DNA of 45,326 nucleotides from contig VFKQ01000148.1 in NCBI GenBank assembly GCA_009885445.1, forward strand, positions 1 to 45,326, written 5' to 3'. Shown here piece by piece: positions 26,417 to 35,291 of the stretch. This DNA is from Anaerolineaceae bacterium. Its GTDB lineage: Bacteria; Chloroflexota; Anaerolineae; Anaerolineales; Villigracilaceae. A program made the position numbers and the translations under genes. Every line of letters starts with the position of its first letter. The stretch's first letter is position 1. The notes under the pieces were generated by a model. That model saw only the letters and a program-made list of their open reading frames with translations, made no database searches and was not told where the DNA came from.

Positions 26417-28060
26417 ATGACTCAACAACAACGCATCACCGACGACCTCGACGTTCTGCTGGATGTTCTGCCCCTGAACATCCGTCACGCCGTGGAGGCC
26501 GCCAACAAAAAAGAATATCTGCTCGAGATCATCCTCGACCTGGGGCGGGTGCCCACCGCGCGCTACGTGGAAGAAGAAATCATCCTCATTCCGAAGGAAG
26601 TGACGCGCGCCGACCTCGACTACGTCACCGAGCGCATCGGCGACTTCGACCTCGACAACCGCGCCGGCATGGAGCGCACCCTGCATCGCATCTCGTGCAT
26701 CCGCAATCGGCGCGGCGCAATCGTGGGCCTCACCTGCCGCATTGGCCGCGCCGTGTATGGCACCATCGACATGATCGAAGACATGCTCACCTCGGGCAAG
26801 TCCCTGCTTATCCTCGGCAGGCCGGGCGTCGGCAAGACAACCCTCCTGCGCGAGGCCGCGCGCATCCTCGCCGAGAAGAAGCGCGTCATCGTCGTCGACA
26901 CCTCCAACGAAATCGGCGGCGACGGCGACGTGCCACATCCCGCAGTGGGCAAGGCGCGCCGCATGCAAGTGAAAGTGCCCAGCCAACAACACGAAGTCAT
27001 GATCGAAGCCGTCGAGAATCACAACCCCGAAGTCATCGTCATCGACGAGATTGGCCGCGAACTCGAAGCCATGGCCGCGCGCACCATCGCCGAGCGCGGC
27101 GTGCAACTCATCGGCACCGCGCACGGCAACACCCTCGACAACCTCCTGCTCAACCCCACCATCAGCGACCTCGTCGGCGGCATCGAAGCCGTCACTCTCA
27201 GCGACGAAGAGGCCCGTCGGCGCGGCACCCAAAAAACCGTCCTCGAACGACGCGCCCCACCCACCTTCGACGTGCTCATCGAAATCCAAAACCGCGACCG
27301 CTTCGCCGTGCACACCGACATCCAAGCCTCCATAGACGCGCTCCTGCGCGGCTTCCCGCTCATCCCCGAAATCCGCACCCGCGAAGACGACGGCAAGATT
27401 CGGATTGAGAAAGCCGCCCCGCCGAAGACGTCGCGAGTCGACGCGCGCGACACCGTCAAAACGCCTCGACGCGCGCCCACAGCGGGTGACCCCTCCGAAG
27501 AGCCGAGTCGCCCCGTAAAATCTCCACGCGCATCCGCCGCCCTCGCAGAGACTCCTCCGCCCGCGCCGGTCAGCACCGTCGGCATGAAAACCGTGCGCAT
27601 CTTCGCATATGGCGTGGCGCGCAACCGTCTGCAACAAGCCGCCAAGCGCATGGGTGTGCCCGCCATCATCGTCCGCGACGTTGAAGAAGCCGACGCGCTC
27701 GTTACTCTGCGCTCGTATTATCGCGACCGTCAAGCCACCGTCATTGACGCCGAAGCGCGCGGCATGCCCATCTACGTCCTGCGCGCCAACACCATCAACC
27801 AGGTGGAGCAGTTCATGGGTGACCTGTACAACCTGCCCTCTGAAAGCGCGGTGGCGGGACACAACAGCGAACTCGACAACGTGCGCGACGAAACCCAACT
27901 GGCCATCGCCGCCGTGCTCAACGGCGAACGCTGGGTAGACCTGCCCCCCGGCCCCTCCCTAGTTCGCCGCCTGCAACACGAAATGGCACGCAACGCAGAG
28001 TTAATCTCACATTCGTATGGCAAAGAACCCAAGCGGCATGTGAGGATTTTTAGGGAATAA
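26417..28060 (+). CDS. SpoIIIAA/Ycf45-like AAA ATPase with C-terminal R3H domain
   Basis: EIILDLGR, GRPGVGKTT, VDTSNEIGGDG, IVIDEIG, IGTAHG; RRLQH...SHSYGKEPKRHV; ATG 26417 preferred because the upstream extension is repeat DNA. Confidence 0.9.
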   Translation: MTQQQRITDDLDVLLDVLPLNIRHAVEAANKKEYLLEIILDLGRVPTARYVEEEIILIPKEVTRADLDYVTERIGDFDLDNRAGMERTLHRISCIRNRRGAIVGLTCRIGRAVYGTIDMIEDMLTSGKSLLILGRPGVGKTTLLREAARILAEKKRVIVVDTSNEIGGDGDVPHPAVGKARRMQVKVPSQQHEVMIEAVENHNPEVIVIDEIGRELEAMAARTIAERGVQLIGTAHGNTLDNLLLNPTISDLVGGIEAVTLSDEEARRRGTQKTVLERRAPPTFDVLIEIQNRDRFAVHTDIQASIDALLRGFPLIPEIRTREDDGKIRIEKAAPPKTSRVDARDTVKTPRRAPTAGDPSEEPSRPVKSPRASAALAETPPPAPVSTVGMKTVRIFAYGVARNRLQQAAKRMGVPAIIVRDVEEADALVTLRSYYRDRQATVIDAEARGMPIYVLRANTINQVEQFMGDLYNLPSESAVAGHNSELDNVRDETQLAIAAVLNGERWVDLPPGPSLVRRLQHEMARNAELISHSYGKEPKRHVRIFRE

Positions 28061-28125
28061 TAACGTACACAGGTAGACAGGTACACACGAAAACACGCGG
28101 CCTGTCTACTGGTTTACCTCCCATC

Positions 28126-28468
28126 ATGTTCATCACCCTTGAAGGCTCTGGCAAGACCTAGCACATCCCCGCTCGTCGGCTATCTACGCGCGCTGGTGAA
28201 ATACGCCACTGGCGGACTCGTCCCCGACCTGACGATTCTGCTCGACGTGGATGTGGAAGTGGGCCTGAAGCGTAAGCACAACGACGCGGATTGGAACCGC
28301 ATGGACTCGCAGACGATTGACTTTTATCGCCGTGTCCGCGCGGGGTATGCTGAAATGGTGAAGCAGGACCCAAGTCGCTGGCGTGTGGTGGACGCGGGCG
28401 CGGACTGGCAGTCCGTGCAAGAGGGGTTGAGAAAAATTATTTTGGAGGAGCTGCCAGCTCGAAAATAA
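28126..28468 (+). pseudogene. tmk: Decayed second copy of thymidylate kinase
   Basis: Aligns to 38094-38720 with a 9-bp deletion in the P-loop, TCG>TAG, a 2-bp deletion and a 267-bp deletion between CGCGCGC repeats. Confidence 0.92.
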
Positions 28469-28470
28469 AA

Positions 28471-28511
28471 AAAAAGGCGTAGCGGAACAATGCGTTACGC
28501 CTTTTTGATTC
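28471..28511. terminator. Terminator-like hairpin, repeated at 29242-29279
   Basis: aaaaaggcgtagc-ggaacaatgc-gttacgcctttttgattc. Confidence 0.8.
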
Positions 28512-28554
28512 CCATATTTGAGAAGTGCTATAATCGTTTTCGATAGAGACAACC

Positions 28555-28881
28555 ATGAGCATTCAAGAAATTGAACCCCAACTCTCCCGTATGAGCCGCG
28601 CCGAAAAAGCAGAACTCCTGCAAAGACTGGCGCGGGAAGTTGCCAACGTTTGGCCTGGCATCGAAAAAACGGCTGGTGTTTCGGGCGGCGAGGCCTGTAT
28701 CGTACGCACGCGCATCCCCGTTTGGACACTCGATAATTATCGCCGCCTGGGCTGGACTGAAGCCGCCATTCTCGAGAACTTCCCCTCCCTGCGCGCCGCG
28801 GATTTGGTCAATGCGTGGGCATATGTGGACGCGCACACTGAGGAAATTGAGCAAACTATTCACGCCAATGAGGGAGCTTGA
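28555..28881 (+). CDS. DUF433-domain antitoxin
   Basis: IEKTAGVSGGEACIVRTRIPVW...ILENFPSLRAADLVNAWAY; TATAAT at 28529. Confidence 0.92.
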   Translation: MSIQEIEPQLSRMSRAEKAELLQRLAREVANVWPGIEKTAGVSGGEACIVRTRIPVWTLDNYRRLGWTEAAILENFPSLRAADLVNAWAYVDAHTEEIEQTIHANEGA

Positions 28882-29222
28882 TGGCACTGTTATACAGCAA
28901 TGAAAATTTTCCGTTGAAAGTCGTGCAACTCCTGCGCGATATGGGGCATGATGTTTTGTCATCGAACGAAGCAGGAAATTCAAACCAAAGAGTCCCGGAT
29001 GAAGACGTATTGGTATTTGCCATTCAATCGGACAGAGTTTTGTTAACTTTGAATCGTCGCGATTTCATCGCTTTGCATCAGCGAATCTCGAATCATTCAG
29101 GCATTATTGTCTGCACACAAAGCGCAGATTTACAGGAACAAGCCGAGCAAATCCATCTGGCGATTCAGGCAGCAAGCTCATTGGCCGGAAAATTGATAAG
29201 GGTAAATCGCAAACCTAAATAG
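28881..29222 (+). CDS. DUF5615 PIN-like toxin
   Basis: LYSNENFP...GHDV...DEDVL..A...RVLLTLNRRDF...HSGII; TGATG coupling to DUF433. Confidence 0.9.
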   Translation: MALLYSNENFPLKVVQLLRDMGHDVLSSNEAGNSNQRVPDEDVLVFAIQSDRVLLTLNRRDFIALHQRISNHSGIIVCTQSADLQEQAEQIHLAIQAASSLAGKLIRVNRKPK

Positions 29223-29241
29223 AGAATGTTCAAAATAATTC

Positions 29242-29279
29242 AAAAAGGCGTAGCATCAACTGCTACGCCTTTTTGATTC
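29242..29279. terminator. Second copy of the terminator-like hairpin
   Basis: aaaaaggcgtagca-tcaac-tgctacgcctttttgattc. Confidence 0.8.
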
Positions 29280-29669
29280 TCACACTCCATCTATAAACTC
29301 CCACTCGCCTGTGCGACTGAGGGTGTGCATGGCGAGCAAGTCGTTGTGCTGAAAAATCTTTTCGGCGTATGATGTTTCGGTTAATAAATCAATGCGAAAG
29401 CCATAACGCAGTGAACAATCTTGCGCGGGGCGATAGAGCGCGCCGTCATGGGCGAAGATCGGCCCAGCGGGGCGGGCGTTGCTGACATCGGAGACGATGG
29501 GGTTGAGCGGATGCGGAGTCCATGCGGTGGAGAGCAGGTCGTCGGCGAAGAACAAATGCAATTCATCCCACGAGGATGCGCCCGACTCGGTCTTCACGTT
29601 GGCGAACAGCCACCAGCGGTTGTTGTAATTTAACAGCGTCGAGTCTACCGCGTAGATGTCGCTGATCAA
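29280..29669 (-). pseudogene. C-terminal fragment of a beta-propeller glycoside-hydrolase-like protein (GINT1 N-domain-like)
   Basis: VDSTL....RWWLF...ELHLF.AD.....WTPHPLNPI....ARPAG......LYRPAQDC...YG; lacks the N-terminal part and a proper start. Confidence 0.6.
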
Positions 29670-29941
29670 ATTGTGGACGAAGTGTAACGATGGAATTCTG
29701 TTTCAATCTTAACTAGCACGTCCACTGCGGCTTTGACTCCGCGTAAACTACGCTGGGCGCGCACTGCGCGCTGAACAGGGTTTTCTTTGCTTTCGGGGAT
29801 AATCACCAGGAAATCCATGTCGCTGTCAGCATTTGGCTTGCCCCAGGCATAGGAGCCAAAAAGATAAATCATTTATGGATGAAATTCATCCACGAGACGG
29901 CGAATCACTTCTTTGCGCATGACAAGTGAAATTGTGTTCAT
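29666..29941 (-). pseudogene. Nucleotidyltransferase (MNT) pseudogene, no HEPN partner
   Basis: ATG 29941 MNTISLVMRKEVIRRLVDEFHP*MIYLFGSYAWGKPNADSDMDFLVI: in-frame TAA at codon 23; C-terminus appears cut. Confidence 0.85.
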
Positions 29942-29982
29942 AGTGACGAAATTATACGTGTGTATTGAAAACTAAAATACAT

Positions 29983-31326
29983 TCACCATACCCTCTCCAG
30001 ATCCGGGTTATCCGCCGCGCGGCGACCGACCTTGGCCATGTCTACCCATTCGCCTTGGACTTTTACGCGCGTCACGTCGGCGGTGAAATCGGTGACGGTG
30101 GCGCTGGAGTTATTAAATAGATATGAGCCGACTGCATAAATATCGGCAGGGACGCCCAGCGTTTCGAAACGTTTAATTTTTTCTGGATTGAACCCGCCCG
30201 AGACAATGATCTTCACGGTGCGACAATATTCGCGCGCCGCTTCTTTCCACGCCTCGGGCAGGCTCCAGTTTTCTGAGGCCGAGTCCAACGCCTGGCGGAC
30301 ATTAAACACCAGCCGCGGGTTCACGCCCAAGTCGAGCGCCGCATCGCCCAGCGGCGGCACAGACACATCGCGGACACTTCCGCTCGTGTCGAGACGCACG
30401 CCATACAACACATATTTGGCGGCTTCCTCTTTTTGACCGGCGTCGATCAATTCGCGGTACTTCGTAAACATGGCATTCATCACACGCAACGAATCGCGGA
30501 TGCTGTCGTTATTAAAGTCCACCAGCGCGATGCGCGGAGTGCGCGGCGGCAGGACTCGTGAAAAGGTCATCATGGCTTCGGCGGTGTCGCCAAGGAAGGA
30601 GGCAATCGCCGCGTGGGCAATCGTCCCGCCGCCGGCGCCGCCCCACCAGTCACCCTGCGCGTCGGTGGAGACGAAGAGTCCGAGCGTCTGGGCGTATTCG
30701 GCGTTGAACTTCTGCACGGCGAGGTTGTACGAGTAACCGTCGGCGGCTTGCACTTCGTGCAGGTCGAAGCGGGCCGGGAAAAACAACACGGGTTTGCCGC
30801 GCGCCGAAACGAGCGTATCAAATACATTTGTGGCGACCCGGCTCGAGCGCGTTAAGATGCCGAGCGTGGGCGTTTCGAGCAGAGCAAAATCGCGATAACG
30901 TCCGCGCACACGCACGACGGGCTGGATATTAATCGGGTCGCCGTCGTATTTAACTGTCGCGCCGTCTTGCACGGCCCACACTTGCAGGTTTGCGGAAGTG
31001 TCCACGAAGTGGTCGCCGTCGAACGAGCCACTGCAATGACGGAGCATCGCCAGAGTCTTATCTACGCCGACGACGATGGTCTTGCCCGGGCGGCGCGTGA
31101 ACCACTGCATCTCCACTTCGATGTCGCCGACTTCCACTTCGTGGGCAGGGAAGTTCACGGGCAGGTTGGAGTGATGGCCTGAATATTTGTAGCCTTCACC
31201 CGCCAGAGCGATGAGCATGCGGCCGATGTTCTCGAAATATTTATCTGAGTACCAGCCGCGGCGCATGCGATCTATATCGAGTTTGAAGACTTCGTTGGTC
31301 AGGCGTTTACCGTCAAAGATGGACAT
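29983..31326 (-). CDS. pncB: Nicotinate phosphoribosyltransferase-like protein
   Basis: YSDKYF, LFFPARFD, GGTIAHA, ALVDFNND, GVRLDTSG, IIVSGGF, DFTADV; downstream of a nicotinamidase-like gene. Confidence 0.85.
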   Translation of the reverse strand: MSIFDGKRLTNEVFKLDIDRMRRGWYSDKYFENIGRMLIALAGEGYKYSGHHSNLPVNFPAHEVEVGDIEVEMQWFTRRPGKTIVVGVDKTLAMLRHCSGSFDGDHFVDTSANLQVWAVQDGATVKYDGDPINIQPVVRVRGRYRDFALLETPTLGILTRSSRVATNVFDTLVSARGKPVLFFPARFDLHEVQAADGYSYNLAVQKFNAEYAQTLGLFVSTDAQGDWWGGAGGGTIAHAAIASFLGDTAEAMMTFSRVLPPRTPRIALVDFNNDSIRDSLRVMNAMFTKYRELIDAGQKEEAAKYVLYGVRLDTSGSVRDVSVPPLGDAALDLGVNPRLVFNVRQALDSASENWSLPEAWKEAAREYCRTVKIIVSGGFNPEKIKRFETLGVPADIYAVGSYLFNNSSATVTDFTADVTRVKVQGEWVDMAKVGRRAADNPDLERVW

Positions 31327-31349
31327 GGGGTTCCTTTTATTGATTTATA

Positions 31350-31411
31350 GTAGGGGCGACCCGTCAATACAAATCAAGGCGATTTGTTCTCGCCGGGCGG
31401 GTCGCCCCTAC
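31350..31411. repeat. GTAG REP with a long spacer
   Basis: gtaggggcgacccgtc ... ggcgggtcgcccctac. Confidence 0.85.
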
Positions 31412-31417
31412 TGCGAT

Positions 31418-32428
31418 CTAAATGGATGTCAAAAAATCATCCGTTGATTTCACGCGATGCATGCCAGCCTGCGCAAATTTTGCAAAGGCTTCGTTCGCCG
31501 CGTCAGTGTAATCCAATCCCGGCACGACGACGGGGGAGGTGCAGTCTTCGAGCAGGTAAACTTTTTTCGCCAGTGATGAGTCGGTTGCGTTAATGTCATT
31601 CAGCAGGTCGGCCACTGTCCACGCCACGCAATGACTCTTGGCCTGACCGGCGATGATCAGCGCGTCTACTTCTTTGAGGGTTTCGATGAATTGTGAATTG
31701 TGTTCGCCGAGCACTTCGCCGCGCGGACCGGTCGTCACTTCGGGGCCGATGGCGGAATAATTTTCAGTGAAGGGACGGTCACCTTTGAGTTCAAATAGTG
31801 TCGGCGCAAAACGCGCAATGGAGTGAAAGAACAACGCCTCTTCAACTGACGAAGCCAGCGCATGTCCCACGCCGCCGAGCATGGCGTGATAAGGCCAGAT
31901 GGTCAGGGAAAGTTTTCCGTTTTTTTCAAGTTGCTCAGCATACTGAACAAGACGTTGCTGACCATATTCTGCGCTGACTTTAAACTCGTCAGCTAGTGCA
32001 GGGTTGAATTGCCAGCGACCCGCTTTGAGGTCGGCGCTTGAGACGAGGCTGTAGGGGGCGGGATGCTCACCAGCAGAGTCCACTAAAAAGATGGGGTGAA
32101 AAATCTGCATGGCGCGATGCGTGTCGAGCGTGGCGGTGATTTGCGAGATGTGACCGAGATTGCGATAAATAAATTCGCACAGTCGGCGGTTATCGTCGAC
32201 TGCGCCGCGGCCATCGCGCCCGCCGACGAAGAGTTCAAAATCGGGCAGGCAAAAAGTATTTTGCACATCGATCAGCAGGAGCCACACTTTGCGCGCATCT
32301 TGCGCGGCGGGTCGCAAATTATTTTTTTGCGCCCACTCACGAGCTTGCGCGGCGCGGGCGGCGTAATCCACGCGCCAGTGGGTGTTGAGTTTATCGGGGT
32401 CAAAAAAATCAGGGATGGGAGTGGGCAT
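31418..32428 (-). CDS. pncA: Isochorismatase-superfamily cysteine hydrolase, probable nicotinamidase
   Basis: IDVQNTF (Asp), TLDTH and WPYH (metal ligands), LKG (Lys), GQAKSHCV (Cys); ATG 32428 with AAGGA RBS. Confidence 0.8.
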   Translation of the reverse strand: MPTPIPDFFDPDKLNTHWRVDYAARAAQAREWAQKNNLRPAAQDARKVWLLLIDVQNTFCLPDFELFVGGRDGRGAVDDNRRLCEFIYRNLGHISQITATLDTHRAMQIFHPIFLVDSAGEHPAPYSLVSSADLKAGRWQFNPALADEFKVSAEYGQQRLVQYAEQLEKNGKLSLTIWPYHAMLGGVGHALASSVEEALFFHSIARFAPTLFELKGDRPFTENYSAIGPEVTTGPRGEVLGEHNSQFIETLKEVDALIIAGQAKSHCVAWTVADLLNDINATDSSLAKKVYLLEDCTSPVVVPGLDYTDAANEAFAKFAQAGMHRVKSTDDFLTSI

Positions 32429-32545
32429 AGAGATTCCTTTACAGCCCTTCTTATACCGTAAATTTAAAAATGTGTGCATGAAAAAAATCGCCCACCACAG
32501 ATTAAGTGGCAGGCGACTCTTGCATACAAATATTTTCAGCGACTG

Positions 32546-33376
32546 CTACGCGCCCTGTTTCGCGCTCGAAGCGGGTTGGGCGCGATTGAACATTCTCAAG
32601 CTGATGAAGACGGTCGCAAAGTAAGCCACGTAAGCGAGAATTTCTGTAAGTGATGGGTTGCCGTTATAACCAAACAGCGCCTTGAGCAATAGCCCGAGAG
32701 TGGAGTCTTCGTTGATGAAAGCGTTCATATCCCAAACGTGCTCAACAATGACGGGGACCCAGCCGACCTCGTTGAACTCGTGCACGCCATGTGCGACGAG
32801 TCCGGCGGCGAAGAGAATCAGCAAAAAGCCGGTGACTTGAAAAAAGCGGCGCAGGTCAAGGCGGATGATGGCCGCGAAAATGGACCAGCCCAGGAGGATG
32901 GATGTGCCGAGTCCGAGAATCGCGCCGACGGTGGTTTGCAACCAGTCGGTGGCGAAGACGGAGGCAGTGAGGAAGAGCGCAAGTTCGATGCCTTCGCGCA
33001 GAAGGGCGATAAAGGCCACTAGAAACACGGCCCGCTTCCCCGTCCCGAAAGCGGCGCGGTGGACGTCGGCTTCGATCGTCGGCTTGAGAGTCCGCGCGGT
33101 GCGACTCATCCAGAAAATCATCCAGGTCAGCAGGGCCGCGGCGAGAATCATGGTGATGCCTTCGAAGATCATTTCTGCAGGGCCTTCGAGTTGGAAACCA
33201 AACAGAGTCAGCAATACGGCAACGGCCAGGCTGATCACGGTGGCGGACAATGTCCCCAGCCAGACGGGTGAAACCAGGTCGGGGCGACGCATTTGACGCA
33301 CCGCGCCGAGGACAATGCCGACGATGAGCGCGGCTTCGATGCCTTCGCGCAGGGAGAGCAGATAACTTGGAAGCAT
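32546..33376 (-). CDS. FTR1/EfeU-family iron permease
   Basis: Two REGIE motifs (LSLREGIEAAL, LLREGIELAL), about 7 TM. Confidence 0.93.
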   Translation of the reverse strand: MLPSYLLSLREGIEAALIVGIVLGAVRQMRRPDLVSPVWLGTLSATVISLAVAVLLTLFGFQLEGPAEMIFEGITMILAAALLTWMIFWMSRTARTLKPTIEADVHRAAFGTGKRAVFLVAFIALLREGIELALFLTASVFATDWLQTTVGAILGLGTSILLGWSIFAAIIRLDLRRFFQVTGFLLILFAAGLVAHGVHEFNEVGWVPVIVEHVWDMNAFINEDSTLGLLLKALFGYNGNPSLTEILAYVAYFATVFISLRMFNRAQPASSAKQGA

Positions 33377-33390
33377 GAATTTACCTCATT

Positions 33391-33510
33391 GGCGATTGAA
33401 ATCGCCGCAACATTTACGAAGTCCGCCTTCGCGGACTAGCCGACGAAGGCGATGTGCTGAGCCTTGTCGAAGTATCGGCTTTGCGGCGGCAGTGGCGACT
33501 TTAGTCGCCC
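33391..33510. repeat. Composite palindromic element, copy 2 (inverted)
   Basis: ggcgattgaaatcgcc...gaagtccgccttcgcggact agccgacgaagg[25 nt]tcggct...ggcgactttagtcgccc. Confidence 0.88.
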
Positions 33511-33646
33511 AACCTGGACAAAAAATCGGCCTATTTCAGGCTGATTTAGGCAAAGTCTACCACGCGAGGGCGGAACTTGGCAAGATATTTATCACTTTTT
33601 TCATAAATATTGGTCATGCGATAATCCCATGAAAACAGCGAACTCG

Positions 33647-33773
33647 GGGCGACTCAAGTCGCCACTACATTTACGAAGCCGACACTTCGATGAACTCAGT
33701 GCATCGCCTTCGTCGGCTGAATACAGTCCGCGAAGGCGGACTTCGCGGGTGTTGGTGCGGCTTGAGTCGCCCA
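33647..33773. repeat. Composite palindromic element, copy 3
   Basis: gggcgactcaagtcgcc...agccga[24 nt]ccttcgtcggct...agtccgcgaaggcggactt...gcggcttgagtcgccca. Confidence 0.9.
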
Positions 33774-33776
33774 ATG

Positions 33777-35291
33777 CTACTTCCCCTTCTTCGCCACGGT
33801 CTTACTCCCCTTTGCCATGCGCCGATACGGCGGCATATCAATCGCGTGGATTTGGCTCTTGGATTGGTCAAGGATTTTATTCCACAATCCTGGGTAGTTG
33901 ACGGCGAAGGTGTCTTGCTTCATCGTGGACGTGATCACCGTGGGCAGGTTGGCGTAATAACGATGATTGATAATTTGGTAAAGTTTGTCCTCCGCCCACA
34001 CAGAACTAGCGCCACTCTCTTTCAAGTCGTCGAGAATCAACATCGGTGTATTTTTAATTTCATGAAAGCGCCGGTCAAACGGAACTTCAGAAGTGGGACG
34101 AAATGTCTGGCGCATGTAATCGAGCAGTTCTGAAACTTCAACCATCATGGCCTGTCCGCCCAACGCAATGCGATGATTACCGATGGCGGCGGCCAGGTGA
34201 GTTTTGCCGGAAAACGAGCCGCCCAGCAAAACCATCCAGCCACCAGGCTCCTCTGCAAACATCACTGCGGCATTGACGGCTTTGCGCAGAGTCTTGATAT
34301 CCTCCGCCGTCACTTTGACGCGGATGATTTCTTTATTGGTGAATTTCTTGTTGAACCTGTCCTGCTTTTCGGTGGTGACGGTGGTCACCGCTTCTTTGCC
34401 GAGTTCATCTTCGCGCGTCTCGAAATTCTTGAAGGTCATTGTCTTCACTTCAGAGAGTGACAGCATCGAGATGCCCGGGTTGCTCGTCTCGGTGGGACGG
34501 CGGTAATCGGGCGCAGTCATGCGCAGGTGATTGACCATCTCCTCGTCCTGCAAACGCGAACGGATGCGACTCTCGATTTCGTCCAGCATCAAATTGGTGG
34601 TGATGACTGTCGGCAGTTTGTTGATGTAGCGATAATTGATGATCTGGAATAATTTTTCCTGCGCCCAGCCGGTCGCGTTTTGTGTGCCGAAGTCGTCAAG
34701 CACGAGCAAGTCTGCGTTACGAATCTGCTCGAAGCGCGCTTCGAAAGTTGTTTCGGGGTCACTGAACGCAAAGCGCAAAGAGTCCAGCAAGTCAGGGACG
34801 GTGATAAACAAAGTGGGGCGACCCTGCGACACAGCGAAGTTGGCAATCGCCGCCGCCAGATGAGTCTTGCCACAACCATAGCCCCCCTCCAACAACAGCC
34901 AGCCCTGCGGGTTGTGCGCAAATTTGTCAGCGGCCTCCACAGCCGATTCCAAATTGTGCGCATCTTGCGGGGTCATGAACTTGGCGTTTTTATTTCCGCG
35001 CGTTTCAAAATTTTCAAAAGTGAGATGACTCAAGCGGTCGAGTCGACTCATCTCAAACAGACGATTGCGCGCGCCCTCGGCAATGTCTGCCGCGCGACAG
35101 ATGCACGCCTCCAGCCGCCCGAATTTCGGGTCGCCCATCTCCACGTCAAAGCGCACGTAGCCCGCCCCCGCGCAATGCGGACAGTCCGGGTCGCCGAGCG
35201 TGGTTCTAATCGCGCTTGAGATATTCGGCGAACTCGCCCTCGGTGTAGCGGTCGAGAGTTTCGCCAGCGTTTTGTTTATCTTTTCTTTCAT
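33777..35291 (-). CDS. DnaC/IstB-like helicase loader with N-terminal Zn site and two tandem AAA+ domains
   Basis: CPHC...CIC; GGYGCGKTHLAAAI/LLVLDDFG/NYRY..LPTVITTN and GGSFSGKTHLAAAI/MLILDDL/NHRY..LPTVITS. Confidence 0.9.
   Translation of the reverse strand: MKEKINKTLAKLSTATPRASSPNISSAIRTTLGDPDCPHCAGAGYVRFDVEMGDPKFGRLEACICRAADIAEGARNRLFEMSRLDRLSHLTFENFETRGNKNAKFMTPQDAHNLESAVEAADKFAHNPQGWLLLEGGYGCGKTHLAAAIANFAVSQGRPTLFITVPDLLDSLRFAFSDPETTFEARFEQIRNADLLVLDDFGTQNATGWAQEKLFQIINYRYINKLPTVITTNLMLDEIESRIRSRLQDEEMVNHLRMTAPDYRRPTETSNPGISMLSLSEVKTMTFKNFETREDELGKEAVTTVTTEKQDRFNKKFTNKEIIRVKVTAEDIKTLRKAVNAAVMFAEEPGGWMVLLGGSFSGKTHLAAAIGNHRIALGGQAMMVEVSELLDYMRQTFRPTSEVPFDRRFHEIKNTPMLILDDLKESGASSVWAEDKLYQIINHRYYANLPTVITSTMKQDTFAVNYPGLWNKILDQSKSQIHAIDMPPYRRMAKGSKTVAKKGK

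Noticed and set aside
26402-27898. 498-aa minus-strand ORF and other long overlapping ORFs
   Set aside because: Antisense or alternate-frame shadows of the AAA-R3H gene, caused by strong codon bias.
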